From assembly GCA_963733375.1 (NCBI GenBank), contig CAVTDB010000017.1, positions 1-64,000 on the forward strand: DNA of 64,000 nucleotides. Direction: 5' to 3'. The notes beneath the pieces are model-generated. The model searched no databases. It was not told the origin of the DNA and saw nothing but the letters and a program-made list of their open reading frames with translations. This stretch comes from Nitrospirota bacterium. Lineage in GTDB: Bacteria > Nitrospirota > JACRHJ01. This document shows positions 26,126 to 36,492 of this stretch, in pieces. Position 1 is the first letter of the stretch. Each line of letters begins with the position of its first letter. The translations under genes and the position numbers were made by a program.

Positions 26126-26377
26126 GTGAAGATACTGCACCTGATAAGGCGGAAGGGAGACGCGTACCCCCTGCAGATAGCGGAGTCCCAGAAGAAGGCG
26201 GGTGACGACGTGAAGGTGGTCTTCCTGCAGGACGGCGTTTTTTCCTGCACGGGCGACGGGTCAAGCGCATGCTGCACGGAGGATGCCGACGCGCGCGGCG
26301 TCTCCTGCGGCAACAAGGTGGACTACAAGGGAATAATCCAGATGGTCTTCGACGCGGACAGCGTCATAAACTGGTAG
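26126..26377 (+). CDS. DsrH/TusB-like protein
   Basis: ILHLIR, VFLQDGV, EDADARGV, VDYKGIIQMV..VINW. Confidence 0.8.
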   Translation: MKILHLIRRKGDAYPLQIAESQKKAGDDVKVVFLQDGVFSCTGDGSSACCTEDADARGVSCGNKVDYKGIIQMVFDADSVINW

Positions 26378-26393
26378 TCCCGGTGGGCTATGT

Positions 26394-26425
26394 AAAAGGC
26401 CGCCATGTCAATGGCGGCCTTTTTT
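26394..26425. terminator. Rho-independent terminator
   Basis: aaaaggccgccat-gtca-atggcggcctttttt. Confidence 0.85.
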
Positions 26426-26438
26426 ATTCGCTTAAACC

Positions 26439-26535
26439 GTTACCTTTTTGGGAAAAAGGTAACGCCAAAAACTTTTGAGTTTAAACAGTCCCGCTTTCTT
26501 TTGTGTTACTTTTCTTTCTCCCGAAAGAAAAGAAC
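26439..26535. repeat. REPIN-like paired palindrome, copy 2
   Basis: Near-identical to 19259-19349. Confidence 0.85.
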
Positions 26536-26538
26536 GGT

Positions 26539-26796
26539 TTAAGGTTCTATCGCCTGCTTTATTTCCTCCGGCGCGGGCACGACTCCCCGCCACGAACTGA
26601 CTGGCTCGTCTTCGCTATTCACGACCATCATGGTCGGAGTGGACATTACTCCATAAAACACGCCTTCCGCCAGACCCTCCGCCGTCTCCATCGAGTACTC
26701 CTGGACCTCTATCCCGTCTTCCTTTAGCTTCCCCGCAACCGCCTTCGCCGCAGGGCACTTGCTGCATCCGTCTTTCACGAATACTTTAACGGTCAT
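26539..26796 (-). CDS. Thioredoxin/NrdH-like redoxin
   Basis: CSKC motif, EGLAEGVFYGVMSTP cis-Pro motif; directly downstream of nrdD. Confidence 0.85.
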   Translation of the reverse strand: MTVKVFVKDGCSKCPAAKAVAGKLKEDGIEVQEYSMETAEGLAEGVFYGVMSTPTMMVVNSEDEPVSSWRGVVPAPEEIKQAIEP

Positions 26797-26837
26797 TACG
26801 GAATTCTCCTTTTAAGCTGCTATGGATAAATTTACAG

Positions 26838-26889
26838 GGTAGTGCGTAATACTCGGATAGTGCGTAGTGCTCGGGTAAAGCGTGGCGCT
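26838..26889. repeat. Three degenerate ~18-bp tandem repeats
   Basis: ggtagtgcgtaatactc / ggatagtgcgtagtgctc / gggtaaagcgtggcgct. Confidence 0.5.
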
Positions 26890-26913
26890 AAAATCAGCCC
26901 TCACGGGGCATCT

Positions 26914-29118
26914 TTATTCCGCCGCCAGCACCGTTTCCAATGATTCCTGGCCTTCGCCTGCCGGCACCTGTTCCTTCGCGCCCGGCCCTGCTTCTTTTTT
27001 CAGGAACGGCTGGTTTCGGAAGCGGTCCTTCAGCTCGCCCAGCTTCCCTTTGTTCCAGGATGAGAGCTTCGTGAAATACCCGGTGATGCGGGTGATGCCG
27101 TCCACGTCATTGGAGCCGCAGGACGGGCAGCTGTCATGCAGGCCGCGCGTGGTCTTGCCGCAGCCTTCGCAGGCGGTGAATTCCGGGCTCAGGGCGACCT
27201 GGTCGTTCATCGTGTTCCTGAACACCTTCTCGACGAAACTCGCCACGGACTCAGCCGACGGCTCGGCCTCGCCAAGCCAGATGTGCGTGAGCGAGCCCGC
27301 CTCTATCATCGGGTGGAACAGCCCCTCCGTGCGCACCCGGCTTATCGGCCCGACCGGCGCTGATACGGGGATGTAAGTGGAGTTCGTGTAATAGACCGTG
27401 CCCTTCGAGATATCCCCTTTGACAGCGTGGCCCGACGCGGGGGAGTGGTAGCGGAGGTCGAGTTTCGCGAAACGGTGCGCGGTGGATTCCGCCGGCGTCT
27501 GCTCGAGCACGAAGCGCATCCCGTGTTTTTCGGCCAGCCGCTCCGTCAGGAGCTTCATCTGGGCGATTACCCGAAGGCCGTATTTCAGGTACGGCGAGCC
27601 CTCGTGCATCTCGTGCGCGGTATGCACCTTCACCATCTCGTTTAAGCCCACCATGCCGATCAAGTACGAGGCGCGGTTCATGCGGAGGTAGGGCGAGCCG
27701 TCCTTGTTCATGGTAAGGAGGGCCAGAGGCCCGTTTTCCCCGAAGGAGAGCAGTCTCTCGATGAAATAGCGCTTCTGCTGGTGCGCCCTGGCCGCCGTCT
27801 CCATCCGCTCGGCGAGTATCCTGAAAAGCTCCGACTCGGAGCCTTTCGCCTCGTATGCTATGCGCGGGAGGTTTAAGGTGACGTTCTGAAGGGCGGAATA
27901 CCTCATCCGCCAGGGTTCTCTGGCATCCTCGAAGTCCTGTTTCTCCAGCTTGAAAGAAAGCCGGCAGCACTCGGAGATTTTGGCGGTCTCGCCCCGGTCG
28001 AAGACGTAATAGGTGTTCCCCATTTTCGCGGAGCATCTGGCGATGTGGGTAAGGAAATCGCGGTGGCCGGGAGTAGAAAAAAACTTCTCCGTGATATGCA
28101 CGAGCGGCTTGGGGAAGAAGAACGGGCGTCCCATGCCGTCGCCTTCCATGTAAACGTCGAAGAGCGCCCAGACAAGCTTCCTGGCCGTTTCGCCGTACTC
28201 GCCGTAGCTCTTGCCCGTGTACTTTCCGCCGGGTCCGATCGCGGGCACGGTCTCGAAATGCCTGGGTACTTCCCAGTAGAGGTTGATGTCGGAAAATATC
28301 GCCTGGCCGCCCCTGGCTACCGCCTGCTGGGAGTACTCGAAGATCAGCATCTGGGCGAGCTGGTGGATTTCGGCGTCGCTCATGCCTTCGATATATGGGG
28401 CGAAGAAGAGGTTTACCGCGTCCCAGCCTATCGCGCCCGCGAAATGGCTCTGGAGGGCGGCGGAGAACTTCACCATGTGTGCGAGAAGGACTTCGGCATG
28501 TTTCGCGGGCTTTGCCACCGCGAGCGAGTTCGGCATGGCAAGCCCGAACTTCTTCACGTACTCAAGCGACTGCCCCGAGCAGTACGGCCTGTCCACGAAG
28601 CCCAGGTCGTGCAGGTGCAGGTCCCCCCGCATGTGCGCGTCCGCCACGTCCTCGGAGAACACCTCGTGCAGCGCGTATTCTTTCTTTATGCTCTCGGCCA
28701 GGGTAAGGTTGGTCGCCTCCGGCCCGTGCGGGATATTGGCGTTCTCCTTGTTCTGGCAGAGGATGAGCCTCTCCACGTCGTAGAGCGGTACGCCCAGGCG
28801 CATGTGCTTCCTGCGGGCGGACTCCAGGCCGTATTCGACGAGCTTCGCGTCCACAAGCTCCCGCACGAGCGCCGCCGTCAGCTTCCGTATCCGGGCCGCG
28901 GTTATCACACGCTCGACCTCCAGGGATATGGCGTCGGCTGTGGCCCGGTCTATGGAGGTCTCCCGGATAAGCGCATCGACAATCCTCCCCCGGTCCCAGG
29001 TGACTACCTGGTCGTCCGAGGTCTGGACGAAAAGCGCCATGTCGGTCGTTTCGGCTCCGAAGAGGTCCGGGATATCCGACTCGGGGGGCGTCAGGATCAA
29101 ATCTTCAGGGGTAAGCAT
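26914..29118 (-). CDS. nrdD: Anaerobic (class III) ribonucleoside-triphosphate reductase with ATP cone
   Basis: LHLHDL..RPYC, SECCRL finger loop, PAES..RFA, YYTNS, Zn site C..C/C..C, glycyl-radical loop RITGY. Confidence 0.96.
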   Translation of the reverse strand: MLTPEDLILTPPESDIPDLFGAETTDMALFVQTSDDQVVTWDRGRIVDALIRETSIDRATADAISLEVERVITAARIRKLTAALVRELVDAKLVEYGLESARRKHMRLGVPLYDVERLILCQNKENANIPHGPEATNLTLAESIKKEYALHEVFSEDVADAHMRGDLHLHDLGFVDRPYCSGQSLEYVKKFGLAMPNSLAVAKPAKHAEVLLAHMVKFSAALQSHFAGAIGWDAVNLFFAPYIEGMSDAEIHQLAQMLIFEYSQQAVARGGQAIFSDINLYWEVPRHFETVPAIGPGGKYTGKSYGEYGETARKLVWALFDVYMEGDGMGRPFFFPKPLVHITEKFFSTPGHRDFLTHIARCSAKMGNTYYVFDRGETAKISECCRLSFKLEKQDFEDAREPWRMRYSALQNVTLNLPRIAYEAKGSESELFRILAERMETAARAHQQKRYFIERLLSFGENGPLALLTMNKDGSPYLRMNRASYLIGMVGLNEMVKVHTAHEMHEGSPYLKYGLRVIAQMKLLTERLAEKHGMRFVLEQTPAESTAHRFAKLDLRYHSPASGHAVKGDISKGTVYYTNSTYIPVSAPVGPISRVRTEGLFHPMIEAGSLTHIWLGEAEPSAESVASFVEKVFRNTMNDQVALSPEFTACEGCGKTTRGLHDSCPSCGSNDVDGITRITGYFTKLSSWNKGKLGELKDRFRNQPFLKKEAGPGAKEQVPAGEGQESLETVLAAE

Positions 29119-29241
29119 AGTCCTCCTTATAAATGCTTGTCCGACGGGGGCTCTAATATCATGTCTTCCGGATGTCCCCTGGAAATCCACAGGTTTTCCA
29201 AAGCGTCTTCGGTCTTAAATCCCCAGCCTTGCCCACAGGAT

Positions 29242-29289
29242 ATTCAATATGTTGCGCTTCATGTATATTTTTAACACAATATATTGTGG
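29242..29289. promoter_or_regulatory. Tandem NrdR boxes
   Basis: ACACAATATATTGTGG (29274-29289) and ATTCAATATGTTGCGC (29242-29257), 32 bp apart, upstream of nrdD. Confidence 0.85.
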
Positions 29290-29405
29290 TTGTCAATAAT
29301 ATTTTTATCCGCTTGACATGCTTTTGCTTTTATGAGAAGAATTAGGGGTTTAAATACCGGGATTATTTAAATTACAGGTAAAACATTCATGGAAAAGGGA
29401 GGAAG

Positions 29406-29999
29406 ATGAACATCAGGACAAGCAGGATTGCGGTTTTACTCTCGGTGGCGGCGATTATTGCCATGATTGCGGCTGGATGCGCGAAAAAACCCGCACAGGA
29501 CGAGCGGACGCTGGTACAGGACGGAATACAGTCCTTCAGGCATGGGGATTATCAGAAAGCCCTGGATATGTTTACCAAGGCTGTAGACGCCAATCCGAAT
29601 GACGCGGAGGCTCATTTTTTTAAGGCAAACGCCTTAGCGCTGATGGGAAAGAAGCAGGAAGCTATAGCGGAATGGGACAAGGCCATCCAGCTCGCGCCGA
29701 CCGTGCCCCAGCCGTACTTTAACAAAGGAAACGCCTACGCCGACCTGGGCAAGGACAAGGAAGCCCTGGACGCATATAACAAGGCGATAGAAAAAAACCC
29801 GACTTACGCTAAGGCATATTATAACAAGGCCATGGTCCTTTCGCGCATGGGCCGGACCAAGGAGTCCCAGGAGGCGCTTGCGAAGGCCCGTCTGCTGGCT
29901 CCCATGCCACAGCAGCCCGGCCAGCCGGTCCAGCCTGGCCAGCCAGTCCAGCCTGGTCAGCCGGGCCAGCCGCATCAAGGCGCGGCGCCGGGTAAATGA
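29406..29999 (+). CDS. TPR lipoprotein with a PGQ-repeat tail
   Basis: Lipobox IAAGC, about four TPR motifs, QPGQPV x3. Confidence 0.85.
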   Translation: MNIRTSRIAVLLSVAAIIAMIAAGCAKKPAQDERTLVQDGIQSFRHGDYQKALDMFTKAVDANPNDAEAHFFKANALALMGKKQEAIAEWDKAIQLAPTVPQPYFNKGNAYADLGKDKEALDAYNKAIEKNPTYAKAYYNKAMVLSRMGRTKESQEALAKARLLAPMPQQPGQPVQPGQPVQPGQPGQPHQGAAPGK

Positions 30000-30752
30000 A
30001 GCCAATATCCGCCGGGAAGACCGACACTGGCAGGAAAAGGCAGGGGAACGAGGACAGCATAGGGCTATTCGACGGACCTGGGGCTTTATGTCGTGGCCGA
30101 CGGGATGGGCGGACATGCAGCCGGTGAGGTGGCAAGCCGTATCGCCGTGGAGGCGATCAGGGACTCGGTCAAAGGCTCGGACATTGCGAAGGCCAGAGGC
30201 TCGGCCACCGGCGCGGTAGTCGAATCGGACGCCGGGCAGGCGCTCGTTGACGCGATAGATTTTGCCAACCGCGAGGTCCTGCGGCAGGCGGCGTCGGACC
30301 CGAAGCTTCAGGGAATGGGCACGACGGTGGTTGCGGCCCTTTTAAGCGGGGACGCGCTGCACCTCGCGCATGTCGGCGATTCAAGGATTTACCTGTTCAG
30401 AGGCAGTGAGCTTAAAAGACTTACGCGCGACCATTCGATGGTCGAGGATATGGTGGCCGCGGGCCAGATAACCGCGCTCCAGGCAAGGACGCACCCTTTC
30501 AGGAACGTGGTGACGCGCGCGCTGGGGACGAAGGACGCCGTGGAGGCGGGTATCTCGCGCCTTGTCCCGAAACCGGGCGATGTCGTGATGTTATGCAGCG
30601 ACGGCCTGACCAGCATGCTGGAAGACGCCGCCATAGCGGAGGTCCTGGATGCAAATATCGGGTCGCCGTTCTCCTCGGCGGAGGCGCTTGTCAAAGCCGC
30701 GAACGAGGCGGGCGGCGACGATAATGTTTCGGTAGTGCTTCTGAAGTTCTGA
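29996..30752 (+). CDS. PP2C/Stp1-family Ser/Thr phosphatase (frameshift near 30075)
   Basis: TDTGRKRQGNED, VADGMGGH, MGTT, HVGDSR, CSDGL, GGDDN. Confidence 0.92.
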
Positions 30753-30787
30753 TTTTTGCGTTTTAACAGACGCGGATTAACGGGGAG

Positions 30788-31570
30788 TTACAGGAACTTC
30801 CGGAGGTTCTCAAGGCTCGTAAGCGCGTCTTTTTCGCTGTGCGCTTCGAAGGTATAGACGGGGTTTAATTTCAGCTCCTTCAGCTTTTTGAAGAATTCAG
30901 AAAACTCTATCTTCCCGCCGCCTATCGGCAGATGGTCGTCCTCGATACCGAAGTTGTCGTGCAGGTGAAGCTCGAAAAGCCAGGGGGCCATGGGGACTAG
31001 CCACTCCACGGGGGTGAGCTTCGAGAAAAGCTCCCTGTGGCCGATATCGAAGCACAGGCCGAACAGCGGATGGTTGATTTCTTCCGCCAGCCGGACCAGG
31101 TGGCCGGGCTCGGAATCGACGATATTCTCCACCGCTACCTTCACGCCGGTCTTCTCGGCAAGCTCCAGCACCTTCCTCCAGACGGCCATGCTCCGGGAAA
31201 GCCAGATGTCCACGTTCCCGGCGTATTTCCATCTCTCGTAGCCGGAATGGAAAACCACCGACACGGGCTTTAGAGGGGCGGTGACTTCCAGCGTCTGTAA
31301 ATAACGTTCCAGGGTTACCGCGCCGACCTTGGAATCCACCGCGCCGGGGCATAAGTCCATGAAAGGCGCGTGTATGGAGACGGTCGGCGACCAGTCCATG
31401 GACGCCCGAAGGGCTTCGATGTCCGCCGGTTTTATTGTGTCGAGCTGGTCGGACAGGAAAAAAAGCTCCGGGTTGATGCGGTTCTCCCGGAGGAAGTCCA
31501 GCCGCTCGAAAAACTTCTGGTAGGGGACGTGGACATGGACGGCGCGGCCTGCAAACATCTCGTTGGGCAT
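30788..31570 (-). CDS. Sugar phosphate isomerase/epimerase (AP endonuclease family 2 TIM barrel)
   Basis: HAPF.DL, VFH, EN, FDIGH, HLHDN..DDH.P.G.G. Confidence 0.85.
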   Translation of the reverse strand: MPNEMFAGRAVHVHVPYQKFFERLDFLRENRINPELFFLSDQLDTIKPADIEALRASMDWSPTVSIHAPFMDLCPGAVDSKVGAVTLERYLQTLEVTAPLKPVSVVFHSGYERWKYAGNVDIWLSRSMAVWRKVLELAEKTGVKVAVENIVDSEPGHLVRLAEEINHPLFGLCFDIGHRELFSKLTPVEWLVPMAPWLFELHLHDNFGIEDDHLPIGGGKIEFSEFFKKLKELKLNPVYTFEAHSEKDALTSLENLRKFL

Positions 31571-31576
31571 AAAGAT

Positions 31577-31903
31577 TTATTTATCGGCCTTTGCCGCGCA
31601 TGTCCCGGCGGGACAGCTGGCGCTGGCGCTGGATTCCGTCTTCGCGGGGGTCTCTTTCTTCTCTTCTTTTTTGCCTTCCCCCTTATCTGCGTCCTTGTTG
31701 CCCCTGCCTTCCGGCCTCGGGCTCTTTCCGGCATAATCGGTTATGTACCAGCCGGTGCCCTTGAACTGAAGCGCGGGCGCGCCGAGCAGTTTCCTGACAG
31801 GCCCGCCGCAGAACTTGCACTGTGTCAGCGGCTCGTCCGAGAACTTCTGTAGCTCGTCGAAATGTTTCCCGCAATCAGCGCATTCGTACTCATAAATAGG
31901 CAT
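31577..31903 (-). CDS. FmdB-family zinc-ribbon protein
   Basis: MPIYEYECADCG...CKFCGG...FKGTGWYITDY. Confidence 0.92.
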   Translation of the reverse strand: MPIYEYECADCGKHFDELQKFSDEPLTQCKFCGGPVRKLLGAPALQFKGTGWYITDYAGKSPRPEGRGNKDADKGEGKKEEKKETPAKTESSASASCPAGTCAAKADK

Positions 31904-31955
31904 GACTTAACAACCACCTCCATTAATGCTTTAACCCCCGTAAGGAAGAGGGGAT

Positions 31956-33466
31956 TCAAAATATGCTCAACACGCTTTTCCTTTTTAAAAACTCGACAAG
32001 CAGACGGACGCCCACGGCCGTCGCGCCCTTGGGGCAGTATGGCTTGCCCTTTTCCTCCCACGCGGTCCCGGCGATGTCTAAATGGACCCACGGGTAATCG
32101 ACGAACTCCTGGAGGAATTTTCCCGCGGTAATGGTCGCGGCTTTTCTCCCTCCCACATTTTTAAAATCCGTCACGTCGCCCTTCATGGCGTCCAGGAACT
32201 CGTCCCACATCGGAAGCTCCCACGCGCGTTCGTTCACCGCCTCGCCTGCGTCCCGCACGTCGTCGATAAGCGCACGGTCGTTCCCCATAAGGCCGATGGC
32301 CAGATCTCCCAGGGCGATAACGCACGCGCCGGTCAAGGTCGCAATGTCTATCACCGCAGCCGGTTTGTACTTCCGGGCGTAGCAGAGCGCGTCGGCCAGC
32401 ACCAGGCGTCCTTCGGCGTCCGTGGAGATTATCTCGATGGTCTTCCCGTTCATGGCGCGCACCACGTCGCCTGGCTTAAGCGCCGCGCCGCCGGGCATAT
32501 TTTCCGAGCACGGCGTGATTGCGACTATGTCCAGGGGGAGTTTTAAAGCAGCCGCGCACCGGATTGCCGCGATGACGGCCGCCGCCCCGGCCATGTCGTA
32601 CTTCATCTTCTCCATGCCCTCGACCGGCTTGATCGAGATGCCGCCGGAGTCAAACGTGATGCCCTTGCCGACTATGACATACGGCGCCTTCCCGCCCCGG
32701 CCCCGCTTCGCGCCTGAGTATTCGAGTACGATGAACTTCGGAGGCTCCTTGCTGCCCTTCGCGACGCCTAAGTAAGAGCCCATGCCGAGTTTTCGGCATT
32801 CGTCCGCTTCGAGGACTTTTATCTTCAGGCCGACATCCTTCGCCGCCGTCTTCGCGCGGGCCGCCATTATGGAAGGGGTCATCTCGTTTGCCGGCGCATT
32901 GATCATATCCTTGGCGAAATTAATCGACTCCGCGATTATCTTCCCTTCCGCCGCGCCTTTTTTGAGCGCGCTTTCCATAGCCTTGTCGGACGCCGAGAAT
33001 GTCAGGGATTTAAGGTCCTTTTTCTTCGAGGTCCGGCTTTTTGAACGTATCGAAGTTATAGAGCGCGAGGAGCGCCCCCTGCGACCACAGGCTCGCAAAC
33101 TCATGGTCGCTCAAACCTGTCCGGAGCCTCGGCGGCAACGGCAATCTCTTTAAGTCCAAGCTTCCGGGCCAGGGAAGCCGACGCGCCCGCCGCACGCATA
33201 AGGTTGTCCGGGACGAACTTCGCGCGTTTGCCAAGCCCCGCGAGGATTATCCTGGACGGGCCGGTTTTGGCGGCGTTGTGGTAGAAGATGGTCTCGTCCT
33301 TCTTCCCCGTGAACTCGCCGGATTTAAGCGAAGAAGAGATTACACCGCCGAGGGCCCCGTCCATTTCGGCCAGCGCGCCGGATGGCTTTTCGTCCTCGAA
33401 TACCGCGAATATCGCCGCATCCGTTTTCTCGCTTAATACCGGACCTTTCTTTACTTTAATATCCAT
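31956..33466 (-). CDS. pepA: Leucyl aminopeptidase (frameshifted)
   Basis: VGKGITFDSGG, MKYDMAG, TDAEGRL.LAD, WVHLDIAG. Confidence 0.95.
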
Positions 33467-33482
33467 GTATACCTCTATTATG

Positions 33483-33725
33483 CCTGGAAAGGTGGTTCTA
33501 AGGAAGAGAGCCAATCTCTTCCGAAAAATTATTATTCACAATTACGCGTTAACCGCGGCCGTTCTGTTTACGTTCAACGATAATTGTTCTCCGAGTCCTG
33601 GAAAGGATGATCCTAAGGGAGAGAGCATTCTCTCCGAAAAATTATTATTCACAATTACGCGTTAACCGCGGCCGTTCTGTTTTACGTTCAACGATAATTT
33701 TTCTCCGAGAATGCTCTCTCCCTTA
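33483..33725. repeat. Tandem ~114-bp duplicated element; second copy bounded by a perfect 19-bp inverted repeat
   Basis: Units 33483-33596 and 33597-33709; IR taagggagagagcattctc / gagaatgctctctccctta. Confidence 0.85.
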
Positions 33726-33742
33726 TTTCCCGTAGAGGCTAT

Positions 33743-35171
33743 TTATGAAAGCTTCTTTTTCAGCAGTTCGTTGACCATGCCGGGATTGGCCTTCCCGCCC
33801 GTCTTCTTCATCACCTGGCCGACGAAGAACCCGATAAGCGCGACCTTCCCGGCCCGGTACTGCTCGACATTAACCGGGTTCGCGGCCATCACCTCGTCTA
33901 TGATTTTCGCTATCTCTCCCTCGTCGGATATCTGGACCAGGCCCTTCTCGGAGACGACTTCTTCGGCGCTCTTTTCTGCCGTTATATATCTCCTCGAACA
34001 CCGTCTTCGCTATCTTGCCGGAGATGGTGCCGGCCCCGATAAGCTTTATCATACCCGCGAGACGTTCCGGCGAAAGCGGGCACTGCTCAGGCTCGATGCC
34101 GTCCTCCTTGAGCTTGCGGAGCACGTCGCCCATTATCCAGTTCGACGCCAGCTTCGGCTCCCCTGAAAGTTTTGCGGCGTCCTCATAATAATCCGCCAGC
34201 GCCCGGGACTCCGTTAAAACCATCGCGTCGTAGTCCGGTATCCCGTACTGGCTCACGAACCGCTCGCGCTTCGCGTCCGGCAGTTCCGGCATGGTCGCGC
34301 GTACGGCCTCCAGCCACTCCTTCGATACCTCCACCGGGACCAGGTCCGGCTCCGGGAAATAGCGGTAGTCGTGCGCCTCTTCCTTGCTGCGCATGGAAAT
34401 CGTTATGTTCTGGTTGGCGTCCCAAAGCCTGCTCTCCTGGACGACTTTGCCGCCGTCCTCGATTACCGCGACCTGCCGCTTTATCTCGTATTCGATGGCC
34501 TTCTGCACGTTCTTGAAGGAGTTCATGTTCTTAAGCTCGGCCCGCGTCCCGAATTCCTTCTGGCCGACAGGCCGCACGGACACGTTCGCGTCGCACCTAA
34601 GCGACCCCTCCTCCATGTTCCCGTCGCAGACTTCTATATAGCGCAGTATCGCACGGAGCTTTCGCATGTATTCCGCGGCCTCTTCGGCGGAGCGGATGTC
34701 CGGCTCGGAGACTATCTCCATGAGCGGCACGCCGGTGCGGTTCAAGTCCACATGGGACGCGCCCTCGATGCCCTCGTGCAGGTTCTTCCCGGCGTCCTCT
34801 TCCAGGTGGATGCGGGTAAGTCCGACGCGCTTCACCTCGCCGTCCACGACGACATCGACATATCCGCCAAGGCATACCGGCAGTTCGTACTGCGATATCT
34901 GGTAGCCCTTGGGGAGGTCGGGGTAGAAGTAGTTTTTTCTCGCGAAGCGGGAGTAGGGCGCGATTTCGCAGTGCACGGCCAGGCCCGTCTTGATGATGTA
35001 GTCCATCGCGGTTTTATTCAAAACCGGCAGGACGCCCGGCATCCCGATGCACACCTGGCACGTCTGCGAGTTCGGCCCCTGGCCGAACTTTGTACTGCAC
35101 CCGCAGAATATCTTCGACGCAGTCTTTAACTGCGCGTGTACTTCCAGCCCGATTACGGGTTCATATTGCAT
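33743..35171 (-). CDS. gatB: Asp/Glu-tRNA amidotransferase subunit B (frameshift near 33980)
   Basis: [43 protein letters not shown]. Confidence 0.97.
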
Positions 35172-35225
35172 TTATAAATGCCTCCGAAGTTTAATATATT
35201 TCGGTTTCCTTAAAAATATTGCTCA

Positions 35226-36175
35226 TTAAGCTTTAACGACGCCTTCGCAATTCTCAGCTTGAGATGAAACTACAATCCCATAACGTTCCGAGCCGCGTGC
35301 TTGTTTCTTTAGCCACTGTTTTGCTTTAGAAATATCCCTAGTAATAACAATCGGATACTTACTTCCTATGTCAGATAAGGTGACTCGCGCATTATCCACG
35401 TCCAAATCTAATAGTTGTTTTATCAAGAAAGAAACATGCTCTGCACGAAATGACCGCATTGATACTGACAAGTGCAATTCATCTTTTTGGGATACATTGT
35501 TACGAGTTTCAATTTGTTCTAAAATCTTTGCCTGCGCCATATTCATTATCGTTAAGTCTAGAAGATATATAAATATCCCATTCTGGAAAAGAGCGATTTA
35601 GGCACTCAATCCATTCGCTAATCCCAGCTTCTCCCGTATTTATTTCTTGACCACCACCAACCAAACAAACAACCACCGCCCAATCGGGATGATTATCAAG
35701 ACACGGAATAAGAAACCTGGTTCAACTGATTAAATTTGGCATTTCTTTTTTCAATGCATGAAATTTACTGTCGATTGCTATAGTCCCAAGCGCCTTGGGC
35801 CTCATCAAACAGCGCAACATGTTCAATGGGTGGATTTTTATCTTCAAGACAACGTCTCTGAAAGCTGTGAACATTTTGAATAAACATTTTAATCGCTCAT
35901 TGCTTCATTTTTTTAATTTGCGACCATTTTCTTTTTTATGACGCACCTTATCACGGGTCAAAGCTTCTCGTAAAATGGCAACAAGTGGGCCATTACCAGA
36001 AAGGAAAACACTATATAAATCGTTGTCCTTATCAATATGTTTAGTGGCGATGTTAAGTCCTACCAATGTTTTACCTGCGCCCGGAACACCCGTCACAAAG
36101 CAAATAGATTTTTTGGATTTATGTCTTGAAAATTTAATGATTTCCGAAACGGCTTCAGATGTTTTAGTTAGAATA
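35226..36175 (-). pseudogene. Internal fragment of a DUF2075 (Schlafen-like helicase) gene, AT-rich and degraded
   Basis: Walker [42 protein letters not shown]; N- and C-termini missing. Confidence 0.8.
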
Positions 36176-36187
36176 ATGGGCACTTCA

Positions 36188-36492
36188 TTACTTCCTAAAT
36201 ATGGTCCACGGTCTGACCATTTACAGGGTCAAGCCAATGAATAGTTATTATGTAACATAACTCCCCGTCAAAACTACAAACAACATATAGAGGCTTGCCC
36301 TCCACATGCTTCATCAGAAGGCAGGCATGAAACGGCGTGGCATCGGATAATCTTCAATTACCTCGCCTTCTATTACGACTTAAGTACCGACGAATAAGGG
36401 ATTTTTCGACTGCCCGCCCTTTCGTCGGCATGTTTTCTTATTAAAACCTTTCCCTCTCGAACCGCATTCCGCAAGTTTTCAAGGAAGTCCAT
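36188..36492 (-). CDS. DUF4258-family putative toxin (frameshifted)
   Basis: [29 protein letters not shown]; coupled to the gatA stop by TAATG. Confidence 0.65.

Noticed and set aside
28045-29274. Long antisense ORFs (also 1632-2543, 7937-8884, 61632-62816)
   Set aside because: They are shadows of GC-rich sense genes and show no recognisable motifs.
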